From Octopus sinensis (Eukaryota): a stretch of 64,000 nucleotides of DNA. A program made the translations under genes and the position numbers. The stretch is taken from positions 91,760,001 to 91,824,000 of the forward strand of contig NC_043003.1 of the NCBI RefSeq assembly GCF_006345805.1, given 5' to 3'. This document shows positions 25,511 to 38,685 of the stretch, piece by piece; the first letter of the stretch is position 1, and every line of letters begins with the position of its first letter. The notes beneath the pieces were generated by a model. It had not been told where the DNA came from and did no database searches. It saw only the letters and a program-made list of their open reading frames with translations.

Positions 25511-25968
25511 GTAATATTTCCCCGTGGCCAGACATGTTTTTCACGGAAGACCAGAAATGAACTGAAGTTGTATTTTATGTAAGTTTTCAACACAAAGCCA
25601 TCAAACAATGTCTTTCTTTTGGCCAATAAATTCATGAACAAGATGACTAATATCTTCTTTGACTTACTTAATTGCATCAACATATTCTTTTGTGTAGTTT
25701 TTAGAATTTTCTAACTTTTCTCTCTTTCTTCTCTTAACCATTTTTTCGTAATTTTAAAAGATTGTTTTATTTTTAAAAAACAAAAACAGACTTAATTTTT
25801 TGTTAAATGTTAATCTTTTTAATTAATTGTGAATCATTTTTGTAATGCATTTTTAGTCAAATATTTTGTTTGTTTATGGCTAGGGTTTGTGATTCTTTCT
25901 TTATAACTTACCCATTTGGCCATTATACTTTAAAGCTACAATAAGGCTAATAACAATGAACCCTTGTA

Positions 25969-26210
25969 CCTTTTAATACCAACCCACCTGAAATTGCCCC
26001 TTCTTAAATGACACAAACTCATGTTTTAAAATTATCTAAATTAAATCCCATCAAAATTTCATTTTAAATTATGTTTTAAACATCAGCTGAAGTAAAAATA
26101 CTAAACAATTGTCTTGTAAAATAACAAAGTTATTTAACAAGATTCTTTATTATTTTCAAAATTATTTTAAAAAAAACGTGGTGTATTTGTATAGAAATAT
26201 GGTAATGCTA
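25969..26210 (-). mobile_element. MITE family M2
   Basis: Reverse complement aligns with 6063-6281. Confidence 0.65.
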
Positions 26211-26364
26211 AATCCGTAGACATCAGAAGAAGGAAGAGTCATAAGAAGCAGAGCGTTCATCATTGTCCGAAGAGGATTTGGTAGTATCAATCAATGTAAA
26301 TGAAGCTTGGGTTATAGGTTCCAAGGCACATTGAGGCACTGTTTATTTTATAATATTTCATAAA

Positions 26365-26562
26365 GGTGAGCTGGCAGAATCATTAGCACTCTGCTTAGCA
26401 ACATTTCATCCATCTTTATGTTCTGAGTTCAAATTCTGCTGAGGTCGACTTTGCCATTCTTCCTTTCAGGACTGATGAAATAAGTTGAGTACTGGGGCTG
26501 ATGCAATCGACCAATCCCTCATCCCTGAAATTGTTGGCTTTGTGCCAAAATTTGAAACCAAT
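26365..26562 (+). mobile_element. SINE family A, CpG-decayed
   Basis: GGTGAGCTGGCAGAATC...GAGTTCAAATTCTGCTGAGGTCGACTTTGCC. Confidence 0.8.
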
Positions 26563-27775
26563 ATTTCATAGTGGTCATCATCATCATCATAGTTTTTGTG
26601 TTGATAGAGATGGATAATTTCGTGATATACATCATTATTATCATTGTTGTTATCATTTTACATCCACTTTTCCTACTGGCATGGATTGGACATTTTGATG
26701 GGTATTTTATTTTATATGATACTGAACATAGGGTAAACACTGAAATATAAAGGAAACTTGTTTTCAAACAGCATTTATAGATATAATTTCAAATTCAGTT
26801 ATGAATTTGAGATGTTTAGTGGAATATATTTGATGCATTTGAAGTGAATATTTTTTAGTTGTTACAAAAACAACACACAATTTTGTTTTACTTGTTGATA
26901 CAAAATACTTCTGTTATTAAAGGTACTTCAATTGTTTTATTTTATTTTTTTTTGCAAACATTGCATCCATCTTTCCCACTCTCTCCTCTATCCTGTACAT
27001 AAATGCACATAGGCATGTAATGTAATGTATGCAGTCACATGTATGTATACTTCCTCACTATCTCTTTCTGTTTTTCATGCACCTTATTTTTGCACATAGA
27101 ATCTCTTTCTCTCTCTCACCCCTCACATCCACAAGTATATAATTAGATAAATGAAATATCTGATACAGACACAAAATCCTTATGCATTCAGTTTCAAAGA
27201 AGTGTTTGTCCTGCATAACTGCATATTTAAACAGATGTTCTTTCGGACTGACTTACAAATATATATTTATGGATGAAACATCTGTACTTAATATTTGTCT
27301 GCTTGTTATTTGGATGAAATTGATGAAATGACTGAATGCAATTTTGGGATTGGTCTGCTCTGTTAAAGCAAAGAATGTTGGTTAATTTTAGATTAAAATA
27401 ATTTTCATTCTGCCATTTTCACTCTCTTTCCAGCTATTCTCACTCACCTATATATAATGTAAGATAATCATGTATCTCCTCTACTGGAAGGCACAAGTTT
27501 CTGTCCCTCTATCATACTTTAGCCTCTCAACACCCAGCAAAAAGCTACCTCCCTCAATACTATGTTTCCACTCAGTGGAAGCAGCATTTTAGTTTTGCAA
27601 AGTTATTTAATAATCTCAACAGTGCTGGTGCCATGAAAAAAAGCATGTAATACACTCAGTAAAGTGGCTGGTATTAGGCAGGGCACCCAGACATTGAAAC
27701 TTGTCACAGCCCTTCGACTTGTTGGATCCTGTCAAACTGTTCAGCTTGTGCCAACATGAAATATAAATAATGAAT

Positions 27776-28011
27776 GCGCCCTTTTAAAGCCTAGCCAGGC
27801 TCATGGACCTGGTTTCAATGGTGTATGTGTTCCCCAGCTGGACGGGATGCCAGTCCATCGCAGCGTTACTAATTTTTGCCAGCTGAGTGGACTGGAGCAA
27901 TGTGAAATGAAGTGTTTTGTTCAAGAACACAACACGTCGCATGGTCCAGGAATCAAAACAACAATGATACGATCTTGGTGCTGACACCCTTACCACTAAG
28001 CCACGCACCTC
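27776..28011 (-). mobile_element. SINE family C
   Basis: tRNA-like head. It contains GATGGACTGGCATCCCGTCCAG, which resembles the V-SINE domain. Confidence 0.7.
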
Positions 28012-28319
28012 CATGCCAACATGAAAGCTCAACATTAAATGACGACATCTTATTTCTTTTACATTATATTGTACTACATGCTATTTATCAAGTTTCACCA
28101 AAGAGAAATCCTTTTCTTTTTGTATATTGTGCAAAACATTGAAAACAGGAAAATTGAAAATTTCACTTTTATTGGAAGTCAGTTTTGTTAAAGTTGTAAC
28201 ATGTTTTTTTTTTTTACAATTCCTTTCAAAAATATAAAATAGAAATCAAGCAATTCAAAATAATTGTATAGCTTTAGTTATGTCCTGTTTATTTTTAGAA
28301 GTACATCTCTGATATACAT

Positions 28320-29470
28320 GCCAATGATCTAGAGCATCTCTATGCCTGTGACCTAGTTCTCATAACTGAGTCTGTCAGAATTACAGAAAAAACTGAATTT
28401 GTAAATGCGGAAGCAATACCTAAAATCAAGAGGATTTAAAGTAAACCTTGCAAAGATAAAAGTTTCAGTTAACATTAATCCATCTCATATCAACTTGTGT
28501 GAAACTACTTTTAGTACTATGATACAAGCCTTTTTTTTTTTTCAAGCAATTTAAATTAAAACCATCTATCAAAATGTTATGTTAATTTATGTTCCAAACA
28601 TCAGCTTAATAATGACAGATATTTTACTAAATTCTTTATTTTCAAAATTAATTGAAACAAATCAAAGGCAGTGTATTTCAGTAGAAATATGGTAACAAAA
28701 AGGTTAAAGAAAACAGGACCCTACAGATATCTGAGAGTCAGCTAGGCTTTAATATGCAGAAAAGAAGTAGATAGGAATGCTATATGGTGTAAACTATGGG
28801 TGCGTAAGAGACCCGGTGGCTTCACAAACAGGTTGACATAAAAGAGTGATTTTGTACATAGCAGGTGTGGTTAGTAGTTAGCTAGATTCTTTAAAATATT
28901 CAAAAGGCTGTTACTTAGGTGACCTAATTCAAGGTGGAAGTGAGTGTCTTGAAAGCATTGCAGCAGAATAAAACAGGAGGGGAGAAATGAACTATCACCT
29001 TGACTGTCACCAGAGGTTTCTCTCTGTGAATAAAGAGCAAATTGTTTGATGCTTGTGTACTGAGTGTGATATTGCATGGTAACAAAACATGGATATTGAA
29101 TGTAAAGAATTTACAGAGGCTGGAATGTAATAAATCAAGCTTGCTTTACTGGATGTGTAATGTTAGTTATGTATATACAGCCTAGCTCACATAAACTGAG
29201 AAGAAAACTGGATATAAGAGGAATTGGATATAGTATTCAAGAGAGAGGTTTTGAGTTGGTGCCAACATGTGGTGCATTTGGATGCAATGCAGACTGTTAG
29301 GTCAAGAAATATCACGTGATCCAAGTGAAAGGGGCCTGCAAGACAGAAAGATAAAGGAAGCTATGAGAAGTTGTGAAATCTGACTTCAGGTAGTTGAACC
29401 TCACATGAGGATAACAAAGGACTGTGACAATTGGTGAGATGTTATGCTGGAGAGGACCATTCCAACCTAA
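28320..29470 (+). mobile_element. Old RTE LINE fragment (RT to C-terminus) interrupted by an M2 MITE at about 28530-28710
   Basis: EHLYACDLVLITES (decayed YADD) before the MITE; decayed homology to the RTE C-terminal region after it. Confidence 0.65.
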
Positions 29471-30339
29471 ACAAATTTTGGGGAAAACAAATGTAAAATC
29501 ATTATGATGATGGCAATGATAATCTCCCAATTTGATAAGTTCAATCAATTCTACTTTACAAATTTGTGGCATTGTGCCTATTTAAGGAGTTAATAATTTC
29601 AATATGAATATGTGTGTGTATGTGTTTATTTGTGTGTGTATATATTTCTTCATTGCAAAGGAAAACTAAAATCCAAGTTAAGTGGTGTTGGCCTAAAACA
29701 GTTGAACTACAGATTAAGTTTGTATGCTCCCAGAAGAAGAAAGGTCTTCCTGTAGCACACGTGTGCGTGCACACACACACACTACTATTTGTCTGTGAGA
29801 GTGAGTGTTATTTTCTGATTACTGTTGAAGAGAGAACAAACAGCTGAGTAGAAACAGATTTATTTAACTTTTATTAAAACAATGCAGTTGATGTTATTGA
29901 TTATTGAGGCCATTGAGTAAAAGTCAGTGAATAACAAATGGCTGTTTGGTTAGGTACTTGAATACATCATTGAAAATTAGCCAGTTGGAAATTAAGATTA
30001 TTATGCTAGTCATATATTTTAGAGAGAAAGGTATGGTAGTGTTTTATTCCTATGGAATTAGTGATTTGAAAATGGTTTAAGAGGAATTGGCGATGTTAAA
30101 TACATGGAAAAGGTTGATATTCTATAGGAAGTCAAATAGGGTTATTGAATTACATGCAAACATGGCTGTGTGGTTAAGTTCATTTCCCAACCACATAATT
30201 CTGGGTTCAGTTCCCCTTTGCGGTAATTTGGACAAATGTCTTCTAATAACATCCTGGGTTGAGCAAAGTTTTGCAAGTGCATTCAGTAGATGGAAACAAA
30301 GAATTCTATTGTGTGTACACACACACATGCATATACTTA

Positions 30340-32047
30340 CACTTGCGTCAGAAATTAATTAGCACTTCTCAAATTTCTACATTTTCTTACATTTTCTTAA
30401 TTTAATTAACTTATCAGAAATGAACTCGTTTTTAATCAAAAGTTTATTAAAACATATCCCAGCATACCACATAATTGTTATTAATCGTGAAATTTAGTCA
30501 ATATCTTGTTGCTCCTCCTTTGGCAGCAATGACAGCTGCTACGCGGGCTGGCATGTTGTCTATGAGTGCCTGCAGGTACTGTGCAGGCATGCCCCTCCAT
30601 GCAGCAAGAAGTGCCCCAAACAGCTTGTGTCGGTTCCTGTATTGCTGCACATTCAAATCCCTACCCAATCGACTCCAGAGGTTCCCAATAGGGTTCAGTC
30701 CATGACCATCACCCCATGGTCCTTGAAGAAACCGGTTGTGAGCTTGGCTGTGTGGGGAGGCGCATTGTCCTGCTGGAGCACGTACTCCTCGCCACCAAAG
30801 AGGTATCCCGCAGAGGGTAGGGCAGCATTCCGTACTATCTCAATGTACTTTGCTGCGTTGATGTTGCCTTCGACGGCATAGAGCCGCCCAACACCACTGT
30901 AGCTGAACGCCCCCCACACCATCAGACCACCCCCACCATGCTTCATGGTGGGAGCAATGCAGTCTTTGTTGAAGCACTCACCCCTGCGGCGTCGCACATG
31001 GACAGACTTGTCACTGACGAGACTGAATCGCGACTCGTCAGTGAACATCACTGTCCGCCACTGCTGCACGGTCCATGTCTTGTGGGCACGGGCCCAGAGC
31101 AGCCGCCTCTTCCGGTTTTGGGCTGTAAGGAGTGGCTTACGGGTGGCCCTACAGGATTTTAGACCAGCTTCCAGTAATCTGGTCTTGACGGTGGTTGTAG
31201 ACAACTGCTTCCCTGTCACCTTTTGCATCTCCTCCGCCAGTTGCCGGCTCGTTGCCCTTCGGTTATTCAGTGACTTTCGGATCAGCATCCGGTCCTCCCG
31301 CTGGGTCGTCAGCCTCTTCCATCCCCTACCGTTTTTGTCAGCTGCTGATCCGGTTTCCTCGTATTTCTTAAATAAGCACTGAATTGTGCGCCTGGCTACA
31401 CCAAGTTTTCTGGCTATTGCAGCCTCCGACAGCTTCCCACGCCACGAGAAAGCCTCATACCATCTCTCCAAGGTCATGCGAGGTCTTGGGCCCATCTAGG
31501 AATGAACGATAAAAACCAGTTATTTTCATTAAAACTATTCATTTGAATAATGTTATGCTATAACAAAACTGCTATGAGTTATTATTCATTAAACAAAAAA
31601 GAAAGAAAGCAGAATTTCTCACCTTATTTGATGTATAACAGAAAGTTTTGTGAACTGGAAGTGACGTCATGAAGCAGAGTGTAGGAGAATTTGTGAGGAA
31701 AAAAAATCTTGCAAATACAGAAATCAATTAACCTATGAGCTGTTCAAAACGTCTTACGCGATGAGAAAACTTAGTACGGTGTGATTTCGGTCCTTGCGAG
31801 GCGCTACCTATATCTATTAAACAAAGGAAGATTTGTCTGCATCCGCACTCCAAGTTGTTGTTGCACTGCTATGTCAACATCATTAGGCTGTAGACTCTCA
31901 AACCGCTCTGCAAACAAAGTTACGTCATCGTTCTGCGCAACAGTGAACTCGCAACAAAGCAATAGTTCGAGATATGGCCACTAGGTGACAGCACATACCT
32001 TGAGTGAAGAGCAAATCAAGGGTGCTAATTAATTTCCGATGGTAGTG
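30340..32047 (-). mobile_element. Full-length Tc1 (DD34E-type) transposon, 1708 bp
   Basis: TIRs CACTTGCGTCAGAAATTAATTAGCAC and CACTACCATCGGAAATTAATTAGCAC (22/26 identical), with TA on both flanks (30338-30339 and 32048-32049). Confidence 0.95.
30498..31495 (-). pseudogene. Tc1 transposase with one frameshifting deletion
   Basis: HTH region (SEAAIARKLGV), VMFTDESRF, HGGGGLMVWGAF and LQQDNAPPH. After VMD the frame shifts, and LNPIGNLW...AAKGGATRY* continues in another frame. AATAAA lies downstream on the - strand near 30444-30449. Confidence 0.93.
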
Positions 32048-32142
32048 TACATTCACATACATATATATATATATAAATATATCATCATCATCATCGTTTA
32101 ACGTCCGTTTTCCGCGCTAGCATGGGTTGGACGGGGCACGGG

Positions 32143-32173
<31 letters not shown>

Positions 32174-34609
32174 CACATACATACTTATATATACACACAC
32201 ACATACATACTTATATATATATACACACACACACATACTTATATATACACACACACACATATATATTCATACATGAATATATATATATATATATTTATAC
32301 GTATATATAATGTATGTGTGTGTTAGTGTGAGTGGGTTCATATTTACCTTGACGTGTGGTTTTTGTCAAATATTGGGGTAAATAGTATCAATTAACCCTT
32401 TCCACTAAAATTGCCAATAATGTGCTAAAATTTGAAATAGTTATTATTATGTTGGTGGAACAGTAGAGAAGCAAATAAAAGGCATTTAGTATTTAGTTCC
32501 ACCTTAGAGCAACCTTGTCAATGTCACCTTTACCTTTTATCTACTCAGGTAGTGATTCTCAAACATTTTTAACTATCTCCCTTTCCTTTTACTAACAACT
32601 TTTCAACACCTCCTCACTAATAGTTAAGCAAAATTGAATACTCTACAAAAATTACAGCTGACAGGTCAGTGACCATTATAAGTATACCAAGAATGTTAAA
32701 ACAACATTCAACTGTTATCACCAGATGATTTTGCACGCACAACATAAATTAATGAAAATTAAAATATGTATATATCACTCCACCCAACATCCTCCTTTGT
32801 GCATAGCTTCCATACAAAATTTTTCACTGCTTACTTTCTCGGGGATTGACTAAGTACCAGGTATGTACTGAAGTTTATTTAGTCATCTATACCTATACCC
32901 CTACACATGCAACATTGTGCCATACTTTCAAAAACATTTTCCATTATCATCATTTTAACATTTACTTTTCCATGTCCGTATAGGATAGACGAGAGCATGT
33001 TGGTGTTGAGTTTTCCATGACCAGATGTCCTTCCCGTTAACAAACTCTGTTTCCAAGCAAAGTAATAGCTTCCTATTGTACCCAACAACAAATAGCCCTG
33101 ACATGAATAATGCAGAGAACCAGAAAGAGACAACATTGTGCAAATAATGATTTCTAATTGCAGCATAAAACCAGCAGTTTTCTTCAATAATAATGATCCT
33201 TTCTTTTATAGGAATGACGCTTGAAATTTTGGATGGAAGGGGCAAGTTGATTACATTGACTCCAGTGCTCAACTGGTACTTATTTTATTGACTCCGGAAG
33301 GGTGAAAGGCAAACGTCAACAATATCTATATTGGCTCAAGGCTACACATTTTTATTGTTTGTCAAATCAGCCCCATTACTACACTAATAAATTTTTACTT
33401 CCAGAGGATAAAAAAGCATCCAACCACCCAGATGATTTGAACTTAGAATGTGGTGGGGATATAACTAAATATTGTATTCTATTTTGTCCATCACTTTAGC
33501 ACTTCTACCTCCTCATTCCTCAAACTGATAATGAGGTTATTAATAATAAGTTTTGGTAGTTTTTAGTTATGCTGAAGATAAAGAGAAAGTATTGGTATTT
33601 TTTGTGTTACAGTGCTACTTGTGACTTGAGGCCACCATTTTAACTAATTCTATCATTATCCTAGCACCATGTCCAGCTTCATATTTTATTTGATATAGGA
33701 TTATATGACACTGAATTTCAGGTTAATTTAACAGTAAAATAAACTGCTAAACAAACTTCCATATAAAACTAATGCAGCAAGTGTCGTAAGGAGGAAATAA
33801 GTTGATGACGAGACAAGCTGTCTGTAACTTTGATTCTCTATTGAAAATTATATTAAGTAGCATTTTATGGAAAGGCAAGAGTGTCATAATTTCCATTTTC
33901 GCTGTTACTTGAAATTGTGTCTGTAACTTTGATACTCCATTGTAATTATATTATTTTTACCTACTCCACTTACACTAGTAACATTCTATGGAAAGGCAAG
34001 AGTGTCATAATTTTTATCTTCCATCTCTTACTTGAAGTCAGTTGTGTTTTATTTTACCTGTTTACCTAATGGATATCTCTGACTAATAAAAAAAAATCCA
34101 AGCTATTTATTCTGAATGCTATATTTGTTTAAGAATACAGAGAGTATAATTTTTTGTTGGGGTAGGATGGTGGGTATTAGTGATCGTCAGTAAATTGTAC
34201 CTCATCCCCACCTCCAGATGCTTCTGTTGCTCCATAGAAATGAGGAGAATATTTGGTTTTGGCGAGATTCGATGTCAGATTTTGGAAAGATGAAACTAAA
34301 CACTGTAAAGCATCTATTTAGTTAGTTCTGCCAATATGTTGCCCTATGTAGTAAATATGATAGTGATTGAACAGATGGCCATAATGTCTACCTAATTCTC
34401 TTTTTCTTTTAGTACCCCTCTCTCTCTCTCTCTCACCCTGTGCATTCTTCTTTCTCAACATTCATTGCTGTTGAAGAATTGTATTGCTCTCTGATAACTT
34501 TCGTAACCAACACTTCCCAGCTTGCCTGCTCATACACCATCTTCTTTTTTTCAAAGTCTGCATAACTTTATGGCTCAAAAGTGTTCAGCTGATCTTCCTG
34601 ATTAACTAC

Positions 34610-35030
34610 ACTTTTGTCATTATAATTCTGTAGAAATATTCTGCCTTTGTTTCAATTAATTTTGAAAATAATGAAGAACTTAATAAAATAGCTGTCATTA
34701 TTAAGATGGTGTTTGCAGGTGGTGAGCTGGTAGAATTGTTTGCACGTTGGACAAAATGTTTACAGGCATTTCGTCTGTCTTTACAATCTGAGTTCAAATT
34801 CTGTCAAGGTCGACATTGCCTTTCATCCATCCTTTCAGGGTTAATAAAATAAGTACCAGTTTCTCAAGATGTCAGGCCTTGTGTCTATAATAGAAAGCAT
34901 TATTATGCTGGTGTTTGAAACATAAATTAACATGAAATTTTGGTGGAACATTCTAATTTAGATAGTTTCAAAACAGGAAGTTTGTATCATAGAACCAAAG
35001 GTAGTCTCAGGTGAGTTGTTATTAAAAGGG
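34610..35030 (+). mobile_element. M2 MITE carrying a nested family A SINE (34716-34897)
   Basis: The MITE halves rejoin across the SINE. A 20-bp target duplication (18/20) lies at 34696-34715 and 34898-34917. Confidence 0.8.
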
Positions 35031-35229
35031 ATATCTATATGTAAAGAACTATTTGATGCTACATTAGTCTCTGTACTTCCCCACCTTTTTTAATTGGATC
35101 AGTTTGTATGTGTGAACTTGTGTACTTGTTTATCTTTTTATCCTTTTACTGGTTTTTGGTTATTGGACTATGGCCATGTTGGGACACCACCTTCAAGAGG
35201 TTTTAGTAAAAAAAGTTAAAGGTGAAGTT

Positions 35230-35468
35230 ACTTTCTTGAGTCTTGTCAATTCATAAGGGCCGGTTTCCTGGTTTCCATGGTGTATAAATTTTCCACCTGG
35301 ACAGGGCACTAGTTCATCGCAGGAGTAGTCATTTTTGCCGGCTGAGTGGACTGGAACAATGTGAAATGAAGTGTTTTGCAGAAGAACATATGTTGCCCGG
35401 TCCAGGAAATGAAACCACAATCTTACGATCATGAGTCCAACACCCTAACCTATAGGCCATGCACCTCC
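35230..35468 (-). mobile_element. SINE family C
   Basis: Aligns with 27776-28011. Confidence 0.75.
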
Positions 35469-38258
35469 ACAGAGGTTTTAGTCTATCATACTGACTCCAG
35501 TGCTTATTTTAGTTTGATACATTCATTTTATTGATCACTGTTTTATCAAACCACTAAGTTCTATAGCATAAAGGGACTCGACATAACATAAACACAAATC
35601 ACACACACTTACACACACACACATATATATGTATACTAGAACTCAATACAGTCCTCATGACTGCATTGAAGCTGGCTGGTTAAATGATGATGATATTGAT
35701 ACATGTGCTGGTTGCATGTAAGAAGTATTCAGTCCACTCTGCAGAGTGGTTTGTGCTAAGAAGAGCATCCAGCCATAAAAACAGTCACAGAAGTCTAGTG
35801 CAGTCTTCTGCCTGGTCAGCTCCTGTCAAACCATCCAACCCATGCCAGCATGAAAGGCAGATGTTAAACAACGATGCTGCTGCTGCTATATATATATGTT
35901 ATATATAGTCACCAGATGATATCTAGAGATGCTCAATATAAAAAACACTTAGTAGCACTCAAATGATTTGAACTTACACTCCGAAATCTTTACCAAGAGC
36001 TGAGTCCATGGAGTAAAGTGTGGCTATAAGAAGGACTCAGGTGAGCAGATATGCATCATTATACATCTGTCTGTCTGTCCTCACACACACACACACAAAC
36101 ACACATGTGTATATTCTTTTATTCTTTTACTTGTTTCAGTCATTTGACTGCTGCCATACTGGAGTACCACCTTTAATCGAACAAATTGACCCCAGGACTT
36201 ATTCTTTGTAAGCTTAGTACTTATTCTATCTATATCTTTTGCTGAACCACTAAGTTGCAGGGATGTAAACACACTAAAATTGGTTGTCAAGTGATGGTGG
36301 TGGGACAAACACAGACATGCAAACATATCCATCCATCCATCCATCCATTAGTGGCAGCTTGTATATAGGCACTGTGGAACTGCAGCGCCCCCTATTTCCA
36401 CTCGATATTATCAATAACATTCAATATAATGAGTCCTTTTTTCTTTAATTCTTTCTTTATACTTGTACATTATATAGTCCTTAAGTTTAATGTCAGTAGC
36501 CATCCCCTAGTTTATGAACAAATACAAAAATCCTTGTATAGAACTATGTGCTTCACAGTTCCAGCGATGCAGTGTTTAGCTGTTGTGCCCATGCTCACAT
36601 GTCCAAGATAGGAAGCTTCATGCTAGGGCGAGAAAGCACTGTCATTCACACAGTTCTGGTGAAAGGTGGTGTTTCTTTTTGATTCCCTGTGTGTTGTGCT
36701 TAAAAATGTTTATATTTTTGAATGTGATAAAGTGTAGAATTAGAGTATTATCTTGCTTCAAGCTTCAGTGTTGCTGCCAGGATTTGAAAAATAGGGTAGA
36801 TTTTTCTCCCATTATTTTGTGATTTAGGGGTGTTTTTTGAAAAACAAGGTGGAATTTGCAGTGGTGTTCAGTGAACAAATTAAACACACTTGTCTGTCAG
36901 TGGCTAAAATGTGAACTGATCAAGTTTATGTATAAATATTCTTTTTATATGTTTGTTTCCTTTTACACAATATTAAAACAATGGCTACAAATTATCTGAA
37001 GCAGCACCTCTGCTAATTTTATCTATGATAGGCTTCTTTCAGTTTCAGTCTAACAATTCAACTCACAAGGCTTTGGTCAGTCTGAGGCTATAGTAGAAGA
37101 CACTTGCTCAAAGTGCCATGCAGGGGACTGAACCCGGAACCATGTGATTGGGAAGCAAGCTTCTTACCACACAGCCACATATTGTTTTGTTGAATCCTGT
37201 TGAACCATCTGACCCATGCCAGCATGGAAGACAGACATTAAAGGATGTTGATGATGTTGATAGGTGTGTGTGTGTGTTTTTTGCATACACACATGACAGG
37301 CCTCTGCACCATAGCTTTCACTTAATCAAGTGGAAATGAATTTGGATCCATGTAACTGCAAATCAGACTTAACTGAACAATCATAATTGTATGTGTGCAA
37401 TTTTTTTATTTATTACCTGTACGTTGGGCATAAATTCATAGATTGTAACCAATGTGTTTATTTTATCATTATCTTCATCGCCATCATTACCATGATTAAT
37501 TATCTTTATTATCATCAATTAAAGGCAGTAACAGCTGTTATTAGATTTTTATCTGGAATAGCTCAGGACATTATGTACATGAAAAAGTTAGTAAAGCCTT
37601 ATCTTCTTCCTAATTCTGTCTTCTTCCCACTACATTGCAACCACCTCTCTTCTAACAACTCTTGCAAGTCCTATCACTGACCTAGCTTTTACTAATTCAA
37701 AATTACTTTAATGAATAGTGGTAGTTACTTTATAGACCTCTTTAAGTAATTAAACAATGTAATAAAGTCTTCAAATGTCAGCAATATATTATTAATAATT
37801 ATTTATTCATTTAGTTTTCAGAAGTCCTTTAGATATTTCATTATCCTCATCATCATTGTCATCATCATCATCATCTGTCTGTTTTCTATGTTTGTATGGG
37901 TAGGACAGTTTGGTAGGATTTAATGGGTTGGAGAACTAGGTCTTGTTCTATTCTTAGTATCAACCACATTACAAACTATTCTGGGTACGTTTATTTTCAT
38001 GGCACCAACACTAATGATGTCTTGCTGTCACAAGACTGAAAAGCCTTCTTAAGCCCTGCATTGTTACTGCTCACACTGATTACTAGCACTGTTACGGGGT
38101 GGGGTCACCTTGCAGCTTGCAAAGAGAGCATACCATGATAGAAAAGAACAAATTTATTGTGAGAAGATGATAATAGAGAGAATAACAGGGGATATTGTTA
38201 GGGTGGAGGGAGAGGAGGCCGGAGAGGGTAAAGAGAAGAGTAATGTCAGGGGTTAGTG

Positions 38259-38516
38259 CAGTGTTTCTCAACCATTTTTTTTCACCTATGGACCCCTTTG
38301 ATTCCTATTTTACTTGGATGGACCCCCTACAGCCATTCAATGTTTTAAAAAATCCTATTATATTTTTATAATTAAACATTATTTTAAGAATTGTATAAAA
38401 AGATTGAAATATTTTGTGTATTGTTGAAGTATGACCAATTTATTGCAGATAAATTTTAACAGCAAAATCTTATGTTGAAACTCAGGGGCCATGTGGACCC
38501 TGGTTGATAACCACTC
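38259..38516 (+). mobile_element. hAT (Charlie-like) MITE
   Basis: TIRs CAGTGTTTCTCAACC and GGTTGATAACCACTC; 8-bp flanks GGTTAGTG and AGTTAATG (6/8). Confidence 0.7.
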
Positions 38517-38685
38517 AGTTAATGTGAAGGAGAGGTGAGGGGCAAAATGATAGCAGCATTGGGTTAGGTTGTGTTGGTGGATCCAGTGATGAGATGGGTC
38601 AGTCTGTCTGTCACAACAGCCTGTATTGGATGGTTTGTCATGGTACAAGACAGTTCTTAGGTCTTGAAATAAATTATGATATTCT

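Noticed and set aside
33815-34020. Local degenerate duplications; also 51845-51930 and 55247-55282
   Set aside because: Ordinary short slippage duplications with no further structure.
36380-36400. CAGCGCCCCCTATTT as a CTCF site
   Set aside because: Only half of the motif matches.
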